The notes beneath the pieces are model-generated. The model made no database searches, was not told the origin of the DNA, and saw nothing but the letters and a program-made list of their open reading frames with translations. Both the position numbers and the translations under genes were made by a program. A stretch of 64,000 nucleotides of DNA from the IMG/VR virus record IMGVR_UViG_3300028886_000001. The stretch is one strand, 5' to 3'. This document shows positions 10,627 to 19,942 of this stretch, one piece after another (position 1 is the first letter of the stretch; every line of letters begins with the position of its first letter). Origin of the DNA: a virus (lineage: Duplodnaviria > Caudoviricetes).

Positions 10627-10767
10627 GTGAGAAAATCAGATGAAATAATATTTACATCAATGCTTATTATTGGGGCTATAGTTGTAATTTTATTATTTTT
10701 GTCGGTGTTAGGAGGAATTGGTTATGCAATTTATAAAGGTATTATATTACTAGCTAACTTAATTTAG
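10627..10767 (+). CDS. small membrane protein (46 aa; not in the ORF track)
   Basis: GGAGGTG RBS, GTG start; MRKSDEIIFTSMLIIGAIVVILLFLSVLGGIGYAIYKGIILLANLI. Confidence 0.7.
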   Translation: MRKSDEIIFTSMLIIGAIVVILLFLSVLGGIGYAIYKGIILLANLI

Positions 10768-10783
10768 GAGGATTTTAATAATA

Positions 10784-10933
10784 ATGGGATATAAATATGA
10801 AATTTTATATAAAAATTATGAAGGAGAACCAGTTTATAAATCTTATCGAACTGAAGTATTAATTAAAGCTATATTAAAGCTAATTTCATTGATACCAAAG
10901 TTTGATATTGTAGATTTTAGATATAGAAAATAA
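10784..10933 (+). CDS. small hypothetical protein (49 aa; not in the ORF track)
   Basis: AGGAGG RBS; MGYKYEILYKNYEGEPVYKSYRTEV...YRK. Confidence 0.65.
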   Translation: MGYKYEILYKNYEGEPVYKSYRTEVLIKAILKLISLIPKFDIVDFRYRK

Positions 10934-10990
10934 TTATTTTTTATGTGTGTATTAACACACATGTAGTTCAATATATAAGGAGTGATTAAA

Positions 10991-11761
10991 ATGGCTTTAG
11001 GAAGTCAAAATACAAACAATAACGGAAATGGAAAAGGAAATTATCAACAAGAATCTTATTCAGCATATGCATTTACTAACCCATCATCTCAAGTAGATGC
11101 TACTAAATTATCTATCGGATATTGGAATAAACTACTTAAATTATCTATAGCTCCACTTAAGAAAGCTGGAGATAATGGATATAATGAATGGGATTATGCT
11201 AATGCTATGACATTATATATACCACATACTAAAGCAAGAATACTTTATAATGAAATAATGTTATTCTTAAATGATCCTAAGAAGTATAATAATGTAGGTA
11301 TTCCTTTAAAGAAAGGATGCATACTAGTATCTAATGGTACTGAATTTGGAACTACTAATCCTGTATTAGTAATGAAAGATATATCAGAAGATGGTACAGT
11401 AAATGCAACATTCTGTTATGAATTTAATAATTTCAATTACGGAATGAGAAATGTAACTGAGTCTTTAGACTTTGATAAGAATACTTATGAATTATTAGAA
11501 CTTCAAGAATTAGCTGATGTATTAAATCAATATTATTTAGCTATGACTGGAGCATATGCATATTCTGTTAGAGATGAATTGAAGTATGACTTCTCACCAA
11601 TAAATACTAAGATCGGTTTAATAGCAGAAAAACTTGGTGTTGAATTCAAAGGTGGTAATAATAAATCTAGTAATAAGAATTCTAGATCAGTATTTGACAA
11701 TAAACAACCAAAATCTAATAATACTTCATTAGAAGACTTAGAGAATGAATTAAACTATTAA
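10991..11761 (+). CDS. hypothetical protein, possibly ssDNA-binding
   Basis: beta-rich core, G/N/S linker and acidic tail (SLEDLENELNY); AAGGAG RBS favours ATG 10991. Confidence 0.45.
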   Translation: MALGSQNTNNNGNGKGNYQQESYSAYAFTNPSSQVDATKLSIGYWNKLLKLSIAPLKKAGDNGYNEWDYANAMTLYIPHTKARILYNEIMLFLNDPKKYNNVGIPLKKGCILVSNGTEFGTTNPVLVMKDISEDGTVNATFCYEFNNFNYGMRNVTESLDFDKNTYELLELQELADVLNQYYLAMTGAYAYSVRDELKYDFSPINTKIGLIAEKLGVEFKGGNNKSSNKNSRSVFDNKQPKSNNTSLEDLENELNY

Positions 11762-11821
11762 TTTATAATAAGGTATGATTAAGTTCATACCTTATATTTT
11801 TTCTTGAAAGGTGGTATTGCA

Positions 11822-12469
11822 ATGGGAACAACACTAAATAATGTATTGATAGATTTCAATATGGTAATAGATACTGATATTGGTCTATTAAGATTTATGC
11901 TTATGAATGGTTATAGTGATGATTCTTTCTTTAATAAAAAAGTAAAGAATAAAGAACAAAAAGATTTAATTAAGTTATTACAAAATAGGGATGAAGCTAA
12001 TCCATTATCACTATTCTTTAGAAAAGATAATGAAGCTATATATTCTCAGAGATACAAGCTATATAATGAATTCATAGATACTAATTATAAAGATATAATA
12101 GACTTATCTATAAAGACAAGCATGTTTGATTTGTGTAATATATGGAAGCAACTAGGAGAAATAAGACCTACTATATTATGTAAAAATATAGAAGAAGAAC
12201 ACTTAATTGAAAGCAAAGATAAGAACCTTGCTACTGTTATTTCTAATTATGAAGATATAGATTTAGATAAATACGATTCAATATTTGTAAAAGATTGTTA
12301 CAAACTATTAGACTTTCCAACAGATTCTCTTTATAGAAAAGGAATATATGTAGCAGACTATGCTTTTAATCATGATACAACTAATAGAGATTTAATCTGT
12401 ATGGATGTAGCTGAATGTATTTGTTTATTTAACGAATTCAAATTCATTTGGATATATACTGAAGATTAA
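11822..12469 (+). CDS. hypothetical protein, degenerate HAD-like N-terminus
   Basis: VLIDFNMVIDTD; RBS favours ATG 11822. Confidence 0.5.
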   Translation: MGTTLNNVLIDFNMVIDTDIGLLRFMLMNGYSDDSFFNKKVKNKEQKDLIKLLQNRDEANPLSLFFRKDNEAIYSQRYKLYNEFIDTNYKDIIDLSIKTSMFDLCNIWKQLGEIRPTILCKNIEEEHLIESKDKNLATVISNYEDIDLDKYDSIFVKDCYKLLDFPTDSLYRKGIYVADYAFNHDTTNRDLICMDVAECICLFNEFKFIWIYTED

Positions 12470-12488
12470 TTTTAAGGAGGAATTATTA

Positions 12489-14204
12489 ATGGTAATAACA
12501 AACGTTGTTAAGAAAGAACAACTAAGAAAAGTACAATTAGAAACTTTAAAATTCTTAAGTGATTCTGTAAAGAATTCCTATGGTCCAATTGGTTCTAATA
12601 CAGAAATATTTAGACCTGATTCTTTAAATAAGTATACTAAAGATGGTCACTCTATCTTAGAGAGTATACAATTCAAAGGAGAAATAGAAAGATCTGTACA
12701 AAGAGATATAACTGACATTACTAGACATGTAGTAAAGACAGTAGGAGATGGTACTACATCAGCTTCTATGCTTGCTTATGATATATTCAGTTCTCTTATA
12801 GATATAGAAAAAGGTGGTAAGTATACTTCATATGAAATTATAGCTTTATTAAAGAAGACTGTTGCTGATATAAATAAAGAGATATTAAGTAATGCTAAAG
12901 AATTTACTTCTCAATCTGCTTATGATATTACTTATATATCTACTAATGGTAATGAAGAAATAGCTAATACTATGAAGATGATATATGATAAATTTGGTAA
13001 AGATGTATTTATAGATGTAGCTATATCTAATACACCAGATAGTATGATTAAAGTATATGATGGTATGACTCTACCAAAAGGATACTGTGATAGTGTATAT
13101 ATAAATGATGCTAAGAATGGTACTTGTACTTTAAGAAATCCAAAGATATATACTTTTGAAGATCCTATAGATACTCCAGAAATGTTTAGTTTCTTTAATA
13201 CTATAATAGATAAGAATATATTTGCAGCTTATTCTCAAGATAGTAAAACTGCTCCTGTTCCTACAGTTATTATAGCTCCACATATATCTAGAGATAGTAT
13301 ATCTTATATGGATCAGCTTAATAACTTCTTATGTAGATTTACTGGAGATTTATTAGCTTCTAAACCACCAATACTATTAATAACAAATGCTGATCATTTA
13401 GATCAACTAAGCGATATTGCTAAAATGTGTGGATGTAAAGCTATAAAGAAATATATTAACCCAGACATGCAAAAGAAAGATATAGAAGCTGGACTAGCAC
13501 CAGACTTAAATACTATATTAGATTTCTGTGGTACTGCTGATGAAGTAGTTTCTGATCTATCTGCTACTAAATTTGTAAATCCTAAGATGATGAATAATGA
13601 AGATGGTACTAGAAGTACATTCTTTAAAGCTCATATAGAATTCTTAGAATCAGAATTAGCTAAAGCACAAGAAAATAGCGAAGATGCACATGTTATTGGT
13701 ACTTTAAAGAGAAGAATAAACTCTTTAAAAGCTAATATGGTTGAATATCTTATTGGTGGTATCTCTATGTCTGATAGAGATAGTCTTAGAGATTTAGTAG
13801 AAGATGCTGTATTAAACTGTAGATCTGCTGCTAGAAATGGTGTTGGATTTGGAGCTAGTACTCAAGGATATCTAGCTACTTTAAAATTATATAATGATAA
13901 ACTTAAAGAATCAGATGAAGTAGATATGCTTACTACTATACTATCTGCATATAAGAATTTATTATCATCATTATATTCTACTAAGTTCAATACTACTAAA
14001 TGTGATGAAATAATAAATCTTATAGGAGAACATGGTATTCCTTATAATATTAAGAGTGAAAAAGAAGATGATAAGATACTTTGTTCTATAACTACAGATT
14101 CTACTATACTAGAAGCTGTATGTCAAATAGTATCAATCATGTTTACTTGTAACCAATTCTTATGCTCAAATATTAATGAAAATAAATATTTAATATCACA
14201 ATAA
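12489..14204 (+). CDS. phage-encoded GroEL-like chaperonin
   Basis: SYGP-G, TKDG, VGDGTTS and VEDAV motifs; 571 aa. Confidence 0.92.
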   Translation: MVITNVVKKEQLRKVQLETLKFLSDSVKNSYGPIGSNTEIFRPDSLNKYTKDGHSILESIQFKGEIERSVQRDITDITRHVVKTVGDGTTSASMLAYDIFSSLIDIEKGGKYTSYEIIALLKKTVADINKEILSNAKEFTSQSAYDITYISTNGNEEIANTMKMIYDKFGKDVFIDVAISNTPDSMIKVYDGMTLPKGYCDSVYINDAKNGTCTLRNPKIYTFEDPIDTPEMFSFFNTIIDKNIFAAYSQDSKTAPVPTVIIAPHISRDSISYMDQLNNFLCRFTGDLLASKPPILLITNADHLDQLSDIAKMCGCKAIKKYINPDMQKKDIEAGLAPDLNTILDFCGTADEVVSDLSATKFVNPKMMNNEDGTRSTFFKAHIEFLESELAKAQENSEDAHVIGTLKRRINSLKANMVEYLIGGISMSDRDSLRDLVEDAVLNCRSAARNGVGFGASTQGYLATLKLYNDKLKESDEVDMLTTILSAYKNLLSSLYSTKFNTTKCDEIINLIGEHGIPYNIKSEKEDDKILCSITTDSTILEAVCQIVSIMFTCNQFLCSNINENKYLISQ

Positions 14205-14271
14205 CAAATAATTGATGTCGATAGCTGGCATGCTATCGACATATTTATTTAAGAGAGGTGTATTTGAATAT

Positions 14272-15039
14272 ATGGAGATGACATTCGATAATTATATAGT
14301 AAACCCTATGGGTATAAAGAATTCAGTATTTTCACAAAGAGAAATGTATAGAGAACTATACAGACAAAAGTTAGATAAGATATTAGTAAGAGAAGGAGGA
14401 AAGGTTAATTATAAATTATATAAAGATAAAGATAACTATTACGTTTGGTTTAAAATACCATCAGAAGTTATATCAAATTTTTATTATGATGTAGTAATAA
14501 AGTTTATACCTAAGTCTAATGCAGTTAAACTTACTAAATCATTAAAAGAGTATAATGTAAAGTTTTATTCTAATGACCCAGCATTTGTATTTACGTTTGC
14601 ATATGCTATGGAAAAGAATAAATTATTCATAGATGAACTAGCTCCAGTAATGAGTCAGGAAGCATTAAAAGAAAGAGCAAAAGAAAGGAATCCTAAATCA
14701 GAAGTAGGATATGTAAAATCATTATTCTTTGCTTATCTATTAATGAGACAATATAATCTATTTGACAAGTTATTATATGAAGAAAACGGGATATCTTTTA
14801 ATATCAAAGAATTATTATCTAAGATAACTCCTGCTGATAAGAAGATTAGAGATAGGCAAGAAGCACAGATAGAGCTTAATAAGAAAAATAGAATAGCAAA
14901 AGCTAAAGAAGCAAATAAAGAAAGAGACAAAGAAATGAAAACAACAAATAGTACAACTACATCTAAAATGACTAAGAATTTCAATATCAGTAAGAAGTCT
15001 AAAACTGTAGGAAGAATAAAAAGAACAAAGAAATTTTAA
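14272..15039 (+). CDS. hypothetical protein with basic tail
   Basis: AGAGGTG RBS before ATG 14272; the upstream extension overlaps a terminator hairpin. Confidence 0.75.
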   Translation: MEMTFDNYIVNPMGIKNSVFSQREMYRELYRQKLDKILVREGGKVNYKLYKDKDNYYVWFKIPSEVISNFYYDVVIKFIPKSNAVKLTKSLKEYNVKFYSNDPAFVFTFAYAMEKNKLFIDELAPVMSQEALKERAKERNPKSEVGYVKSLFFAYLLMRQYNLFDKLLYEENGISFNIKELLSKITPADKKIRDRQEAQIELNKKNRIAKAKEANKERDKEMKTTNSTTTSKMTKNFNISKKSKTVGRIKRTKKF

Positions 15040-15051
15040 ATTATATATTAT
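15039..15051 (+). promoter_or_regulatory. early/vRNAP-type promoter (A/G)ATT(A/G)TATATTAT (representative + strand copy)
   Basis: + strand copies at 145, 1873, 15039, 28588, 29940, 32191 and 33781, all upstream of non-structural genes. Confidence 0.8.
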
Positions 15052-15056
15052 TATAC

Positions 15057-16595
15057 ATGGAGGGGATAGAATTGCAAAAGATATGGAAATATGTACCTAC
15101 ACAAGAATTCATAAAAATAGATGATTGGAAACCAGAAGAAGAAGACAAAGTATTTAAACACGTTAAAAGGGCAATCATATTGCCAATACAAGAAGTATTA
15201 GGTTTAGAACCAGGAACAGCTGATTTTCTTGATAGTTTTGTGTTGCCTAAGAAAGGACATAATTCAATAAAGATAAGAAATCACATGACACATTATTTAA
15301 ACTATTTTGAAAAATTCTATGATCAAGATCATGAACTTTTAACAGTATATTCACAGATAAAATATATCATGGATATAAAGGTTAAATATTCAGAAGATCA
15401 GTTATTCTTTGATATTAAAAGATATCTATTCAATCCGTCATTAATGCTTAAATTAAGATTCTTAAATGACGATAACTATTGCTTAAATCTTACTTATGTA
15501 AATAAGAAAGAAGCAGCATTACAATATACTAATAGACATGCTAAGATGCTAATGAAACTTAGTTTTATGATGTTAATGGCATTACCATTGGTAAACCATT
15601 ATTCATATATTCATAAGAAAGACACAAACTTCTTAGTATTGAAATTATTTGATGAAGCATCATTGATGTTCTCATCTGTAGATATATATAGTAAACTATA
15701 CGAAACAGCATATAGTAATATATCTAATAATGAAAAGGTAAATCCTATATGGCAAAATCAAGATATTAGAGGTATAAATGTTACAACTCATACTCTAGCA
15801 TCTGTACGTAATATCATTGTCAATATAATACCTAAATATGTATACAATATGAATATAATCAATATGAACTTCGCTTCTATAAAGAAGAATATTGGTTATC
15901 AGATAACTGATATCAGTTATGAATATGAATTTAGACCTTTATCATCTACTAATAGAGATGAAGATAATAATAGTGAATATGATAAATTTGAATCATATCT
16001 TACTAAGTTTAATGAATCTGCATATCTATTCAATAAAGTAAATGGTAAATATGTATATGATTGTATAATGAAGGAATTTGGTCCTATAAGTAAGAAGGAA
16101 TATGATCTTTACTATTCTGAACTAGCTAAAGCTACTAATAGTGAAATAGTTCATCCATTCCAAGAAGAATTAGTATTCTATACATTCCTTGATAAATTTA
16201 GTGATCCTGCATGTATAAGATCACTACATAGAACGGATTATGTTAATCTCGTAATATGTGCTAAACGATATTTATTAAAGAAGAACTTCACTATCTTACC
16301 ATATATAGTGGGAGGTAGAATATTAAGGTTGGTTACTAAGAAAGGTTTAACTGATCAAATATTTACTAGAATGTCTAAATCGGAAGAATATAAACTCATT
16401 ATAGAAAAGTATGGTGATAATAACCGTGCTTTAATAGATTATATGCATTCTTTATGGGCTACAATCATGGCATCGGATTTCTCTGTCATAGATTCAGAAC
16501 GTAAAGAGATAAATGGAAAGTTAATAAATAAGGGTATAAACAATGTTCAACAAATTCTTGAAGAAGAACTTATGAGGTTTACTCTTATGATATAA
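15057..16595 (+). CDS. probable promoter-specificity (sigma-like) subunit of non-virion RNAP (AR9 gp226 / phiKZ gp68 class)
   Basis: 512 aa helical protein two genes from the chaperonin, as recalled for AR9 g228/g226; early-type promoter; called by synteny only. Confidence 0.5.
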   Translation: MEGIELQKIWKYVPTQEFIKIDDWKPEEEDKVFKHVKRAIILPIQEVLGLEPGTADFLDSFVLPKKGHNSIKIRNHMTHYLNYFEKFYDQDHELLTVYSQIKYIMDIKVKYSEDQLFFDIKRYLFNPSLMLKLRFLNDDNYCLNLTYVNKKEAALQYTNRHAKMLMKLSFMMLMALPLVNHYSYIHKKDTNFLVLKLFDEASLMFSSVDIYSKLYETAYSNISNNEKVNPIWQNQDIRGINVTTHTLASVRNIIVNIIPKYVYNMNIINMNFASIKKNIGYQITDISYEYEFRPLSSTNRDEDNNSEYDKFESYLTKFNESAYLFNKVNGKYVYDCIMKEFGPISKKEYDLYYSELAKATNSEIVHPFQEELVFYTFLDKFSDPACIRSLHRTDYVNLVICAKRYLLKKNFTILPYIVGGRILRLVTKKGLTDQIFTRMSKSEEYKLIIEKYGDNNRALIDYMHSLWATIMASDFSVIDSERKEINGKLINKGINNVQQILEEELMRFTLMI

Positions 16596-16613
16596 AAAGG
16601 GGGTATTAATATA

Positions 16614-16877
16614 ATGGATTTTATATTAACTAGAAAGAGCATACTAGGCTCTGAGACAAAAGTAAAGTGCATAGATGTTATTGGACATCCTTGCAAATAT
16701 GCTGGTATAGTAGGAACTATAGTAGCATGCGACTATGAAGAAAAGGAAAATCCTGAAGAGAAGGGTAAATATGTAAATGTACATTATTGGGTACAACACT
16801 ATGTGGAAGGTAAAATAGTACCTGAAATAATAGAAGTTCCAGCTATTAATGTAGATGTAATAGAATTCTCAGATTAG
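16614..16877 (+). CDS. hypothetical protein
   Basis: 87 aa; AAGGGGG RBS. Confidence 0.7.
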   Translation: MDFILTRKSILGSETKVKCIDVIGHPCKYAGIVGTIVACDYEEKENPEEKGKYVNVHYWVQHYVEGKIVPEIIEVPAINVDVIEFSD

Positions 16878-16907
16878 CAACCATTAGTAAAGGAGGAATA
16901 TGGTTAT

Positions 16908-17957
16908 ATGGCTAGTGAAATATATCAAAAGATGAAAGAACTATTACTTCATATTCCTTCTGCTAGGATTGCTTCTGGAGGAAGAGAAGTAGTTATTAGA
17001 TGTATGTACTGTGGAGATTCTAAGAAGAATAGAAGCAGTGCTCATCTATATATAAAATTACCAATAGACAATGACATTATGGTATTTAACTGTGTTAAAT
17101 GTCATACATGTGGTATTGTCACAGCAGAAAGAATACAAGAATGGTGTAACAATATAGATCCACAAGATTTAATAGATGTTTCACTTTATAATAAGAAAGT
17201 ATCTTCATTATCTAAGAACAAGAAGTACTTAGATAAAAAAGTGTATAGATTAAGTAATGATTATGTAACCAAGAATAAATTAAGTGAGATTAAATTAAAA
17301 TATATAAATGGTAGATTAGGACTTAATCTATCCTATGAAGATATTTTAAGTAAGAAGATCATACTAAGTCTAAAAGATCTTCTATCGAGTAATGGAATAA
17401 CACAGTATACTAGATATGATAATATAATGGAAGAACTCGATAGATATTTTATCGGGTTTATCTCTCAAGATAATGCATTTGTAAATATGCGTAATCTTTG
17501 GGAAGATAAAATTTCTTATGAATCCATAAGAAGACGTTATATTAATTATAATATATTCAATAAATTTAATAATCTATTGAAATATTATACACTTCCAACT
17601 AATGTAGATTTATCAAGACCAGAGCCTCTGAAAATTCATATGGCTGAAGGTGCTTTTGATATATTGTCTATATATTATAATCTTAGAAAAGAAGATATAA
17701 ATAATGTATACACAGCTATACTTGGAAGTGGGTATGTTAATATACTTAAACATTTTATTAATGGTATGGGATTTATTAATATGGAAGTACATGTATATAT
17801 GGATACAGATATTTCTAATTCAGTAATATATGAACTTAGAGATATATGTGAAGTATTTATGCTTCCATTATATATACATAAGAATATGTATCCAAATGAA
17901 AAAGACTTTGGAGTTCCAATATCAAGAATAAACGAATCGATACAAAGGATTATATAA
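16908..17957 (+). CDS. DNA primase (zinc ribbon + TOPRIM)
   Basis: CMYC..H..CVKC zinc finger; AEGAFDILS, YMDTD and KDFG motifs. Confidence 0.88.
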   Translation: MASEIYQKMKELLLHIPSARIASGGREVVIRCMYCGDSKKNRSSAHLYIKLPIDNDIMVFNCVKCHTCGIVTAERIQEWCNNIDPQDLIDVSLYNKKVSSLSKNKKYLDKKVYRLSNDYVTKNKLSEIKLKYINGRLGLNLSYEDILSKKIILSLKDLLSSNGITQYTRYDNIMEELDRYFIGFISQDNAFVNMRNLWEDKISYESIRRRYINYNIFNKFNNLLKYYTLPTNVDLSRPEPLKIHMAEGAFDILSIYYNLRKEDINNVYTAILGSGYVNILKHFINGMGFINMEVHVYMDTDISNSVIYELRDICEVFMLPLYIHKNMYPNEKDFGVPISRINESIQRII

Positions 17958-17997
17958 TCCTTTGTATTTTTATTTTTTATCTAAAGGAGGTAAAGAT

Positions 17998-19212
17998 ATG
18001 GCTGGTAAATTTATAAATACTAATCATCAAGAAACTATAGAGAATCTTATAAAAAGTCAAGTAGATCAATATAGAGCTCCATATTATAAACACCAAGACA
18101 AGCAATGCATATATGCTACTTATTATAATCAAAACTTAGATATGTCTACTCAAGATGAAGGTAGTGCATTACAAAATCAATTCATTGGTAGTGAGAGCCC
18201 ATTAAGATTTAATAAGATATATAACTTTTGTATGCTTGGAATGGAGAAAATATCTGCAGCATTAGAGAATGGTGAATATGGATTAGAATCATCTCCTATA
18301 GAAGGGGATTTAATAGTTATGCCTGATACTATTATACCTGTAGCTAATGATTATTTTATTATAGACCATGTACAACAGCATAAAGAACAAAAGAAGTTAA
18401 TATTTAAAGTAACACAAGTAGATGCTGATTCTCTAGATGATGGTTCTAGAGAATTCAAAGTTAGTTATAAACTAGATAGAGTTGGAGAAGAAGAAATAGA
18501 CAGACAAGTAGTAGAAGAGTATACTATGATTATAGATAATAATGAAACTCAATATAAATCTATAATAAAGAAAGTAGACTATGACTTAGTAAATGATTTA
18601 GGTGGTTTATGTAGAAATCTATGTAAATATTATAAGTCTCTATTCTATTCCCCTAGAGTAGATACATTTATATTTAGACATAATGGATATAATATGTATG
18701 ATCCTTATATGATAGAATTCTTAATAAGAAATGAAGTATTATCTTATGATGATGATTATCTATTCATAAATCATAAGTGTTCTAAACTTGCTACATTTCC
18801 TCTAGACTATAATAAGACTATATTTGCATTCTTAGAAGATAAAAATAGAAAGGGTAATCCTTTGATATATAGTCAAGGATTTCCTATATTAGAACCTTTA
18901 TCCGTATTTGATTGTAGAATGGAGCCTTATTTTAAGATAGAATATTGTAATGAAGTATTCGATAGAGGTAGAGGAATAATAAATAATTTCAATGAAGAAT
19001 TATTTGAAAGATGTAATACTAATACTTATTATTTAGAAGAAAAAGATAGGTATAAAAATGTGATAATACGTTACTTTAACAATGGCAAAATTGGAAAAGA
19101 TGATATATTAGATATAGAGTCCATGCAGTATAGTAATGATATTGAATTTTTTTATAATATCCCGATAATAATATACATATTAGGATTAAAAGTCGCAGAA
19201 TTAATGAAATAA
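17998..19212 (+). CDS. probable virion structural protein
   Basis: AAGGAGG RBS before ATG 17998; beta-rich N-terminal half; function not recognisable. Confidence 0.5.
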   Translation: MAGKFINTNHQETIENLIKSQVDQYRAPYYKHQDKQCIYATYYNQNLDMSTQDEGSALQNQFIGSESPLRFNKIYNFCMLGMEKISAALENGEYGLESSPIEGDLIVMPDTIIPVANDYFIIDHVQQHKEQKKLIFKVTQVDADSLDDGSREFKVSYKLDRVGEEEIDRQVVEEYTMIIDNNETQYKSIIKKVDYDLVNDLGGLCRNLCKYYKSLFYSPRVDTFIFRHNGYNMYDPYMIEFLIRNEVLSYDDDYLFINHKCSKLATFPLDYNKTIFAFLEDKNRKGNPLIYSQGFPILEPLSVFDCRMEPYFKIEYCNEVFDRGRGIINNFNEELFERCNTNTYYLEEKDRYKNVIIRYFNNGKIGKDDILDIESMQYSNDIEFFYNIPIIIYILGLKVAELMK

Positions 19213-19253
19213 CATATAGATAAAATTCTTATTAAAAAGGAGGAATTTAAGCC

Positions 19254-19379
19254 ATGATTGAAACACTAGATGATATAGCATATTTAGATCTTGTTGCAGA
19301 AGATGTAGAATATGCTATGGATATGAATTTTGGTATTATAGATGTAATAGCTGGAGAGGAGGAAGTTATAGATGTATAA
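19254..19379 (+). CDS. small acidic protein (41 aa; not in the ORF track)
   Basis: AACA-N6-TA promoter at 19211, AGGAGG RBS; MIETLDDIAYLDLVAEDVEYAMDMNFGIIDVIAGEEEVIDV. Confidence 0.7.
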   Translation: MIETLDDIAYLDLVAEDVEYAMDMNFGIIDVIAGEEEVIDV

Positions 19380-19740
19380 AATAGTAAATATTAAAACAAC
19401 AAGACCAATTAGAACAATAAGACCTGCTATACTTCAATCAGTAGAAGGTATAAAATTAACAGTAGGTGATATTAGAAGAGTAATATACTCTAGAGCTTTA
19501 GTAGATGAAGTATTATCAGATGGATCTACTGTAAGACTTACTTTAGATAACTATGATAAAGTAAATGAAAAAATAAAAGCACCTGTTAAGAAAGAAGAAG
19601 AACCAAAATTTGAAATGCCAGAAGAGGAACCAAAGGTAGAACAACCTAAGGAAGAAAAGAAACCACAAGTTTCTAATAAGCAAGAAGTTAAGCAAAATAA
19701 TAACCAAAATAACAACAATAAAAAAAATAAAGAGAGATAG
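19372..19740 (+). CDS. hypothetical protein with low-complexity E/K/P/N tail
   Basis: 122 aa; GAGGAGG RBS. Confidence 0.8.
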   Translation: MYKIVNIKTTRPIRTIRPAILQSVEGIKLTVGDIRRVIYSRALVDEVLSDGSTVRLTLDNYDKVNEKIKAPVKKEEEPKFEMPEEEPKVEQPKEEKKPQVSNKQEVKQNNNQNNNNKKNKER

Positions 19741-19760
19741 GTTAAATCCTATCTCTCTTT
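19729..19760. terminator. bidirectional terminator
   Basis: AAAGAGAGATAGG / CCTATCTCTCTTT with A and T tracts on both sides. Confidence 0.85.
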
Positions 19761-19872
19761 TCTATGTATTTTTAATGTCTCACTCCGATTGTTTCACCCA
19801 TTTTGGTCACCTCCAATCGGATATATTTTTATCAAATGTTTCACTTCCTTTCTTCTTATGTATTCTACTATT
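19729..19872 (-). ncRNA. candidate early small RNA or micro-ORF transcript
   Basis: early motif at 19873-19885 (-), terminator at 19729-19760, internal stem TCCGATTG/CAATCGGA, four GTGA-x(1-2)-CA repeats. Confidence 0.45.
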
Positions 19873-19942
19873 ATAATATATAATTATAATATCTTAGTTT
19901 TTCATATAAGAAAAGAGAAGGATAATATCCTTCTCTTATTTT

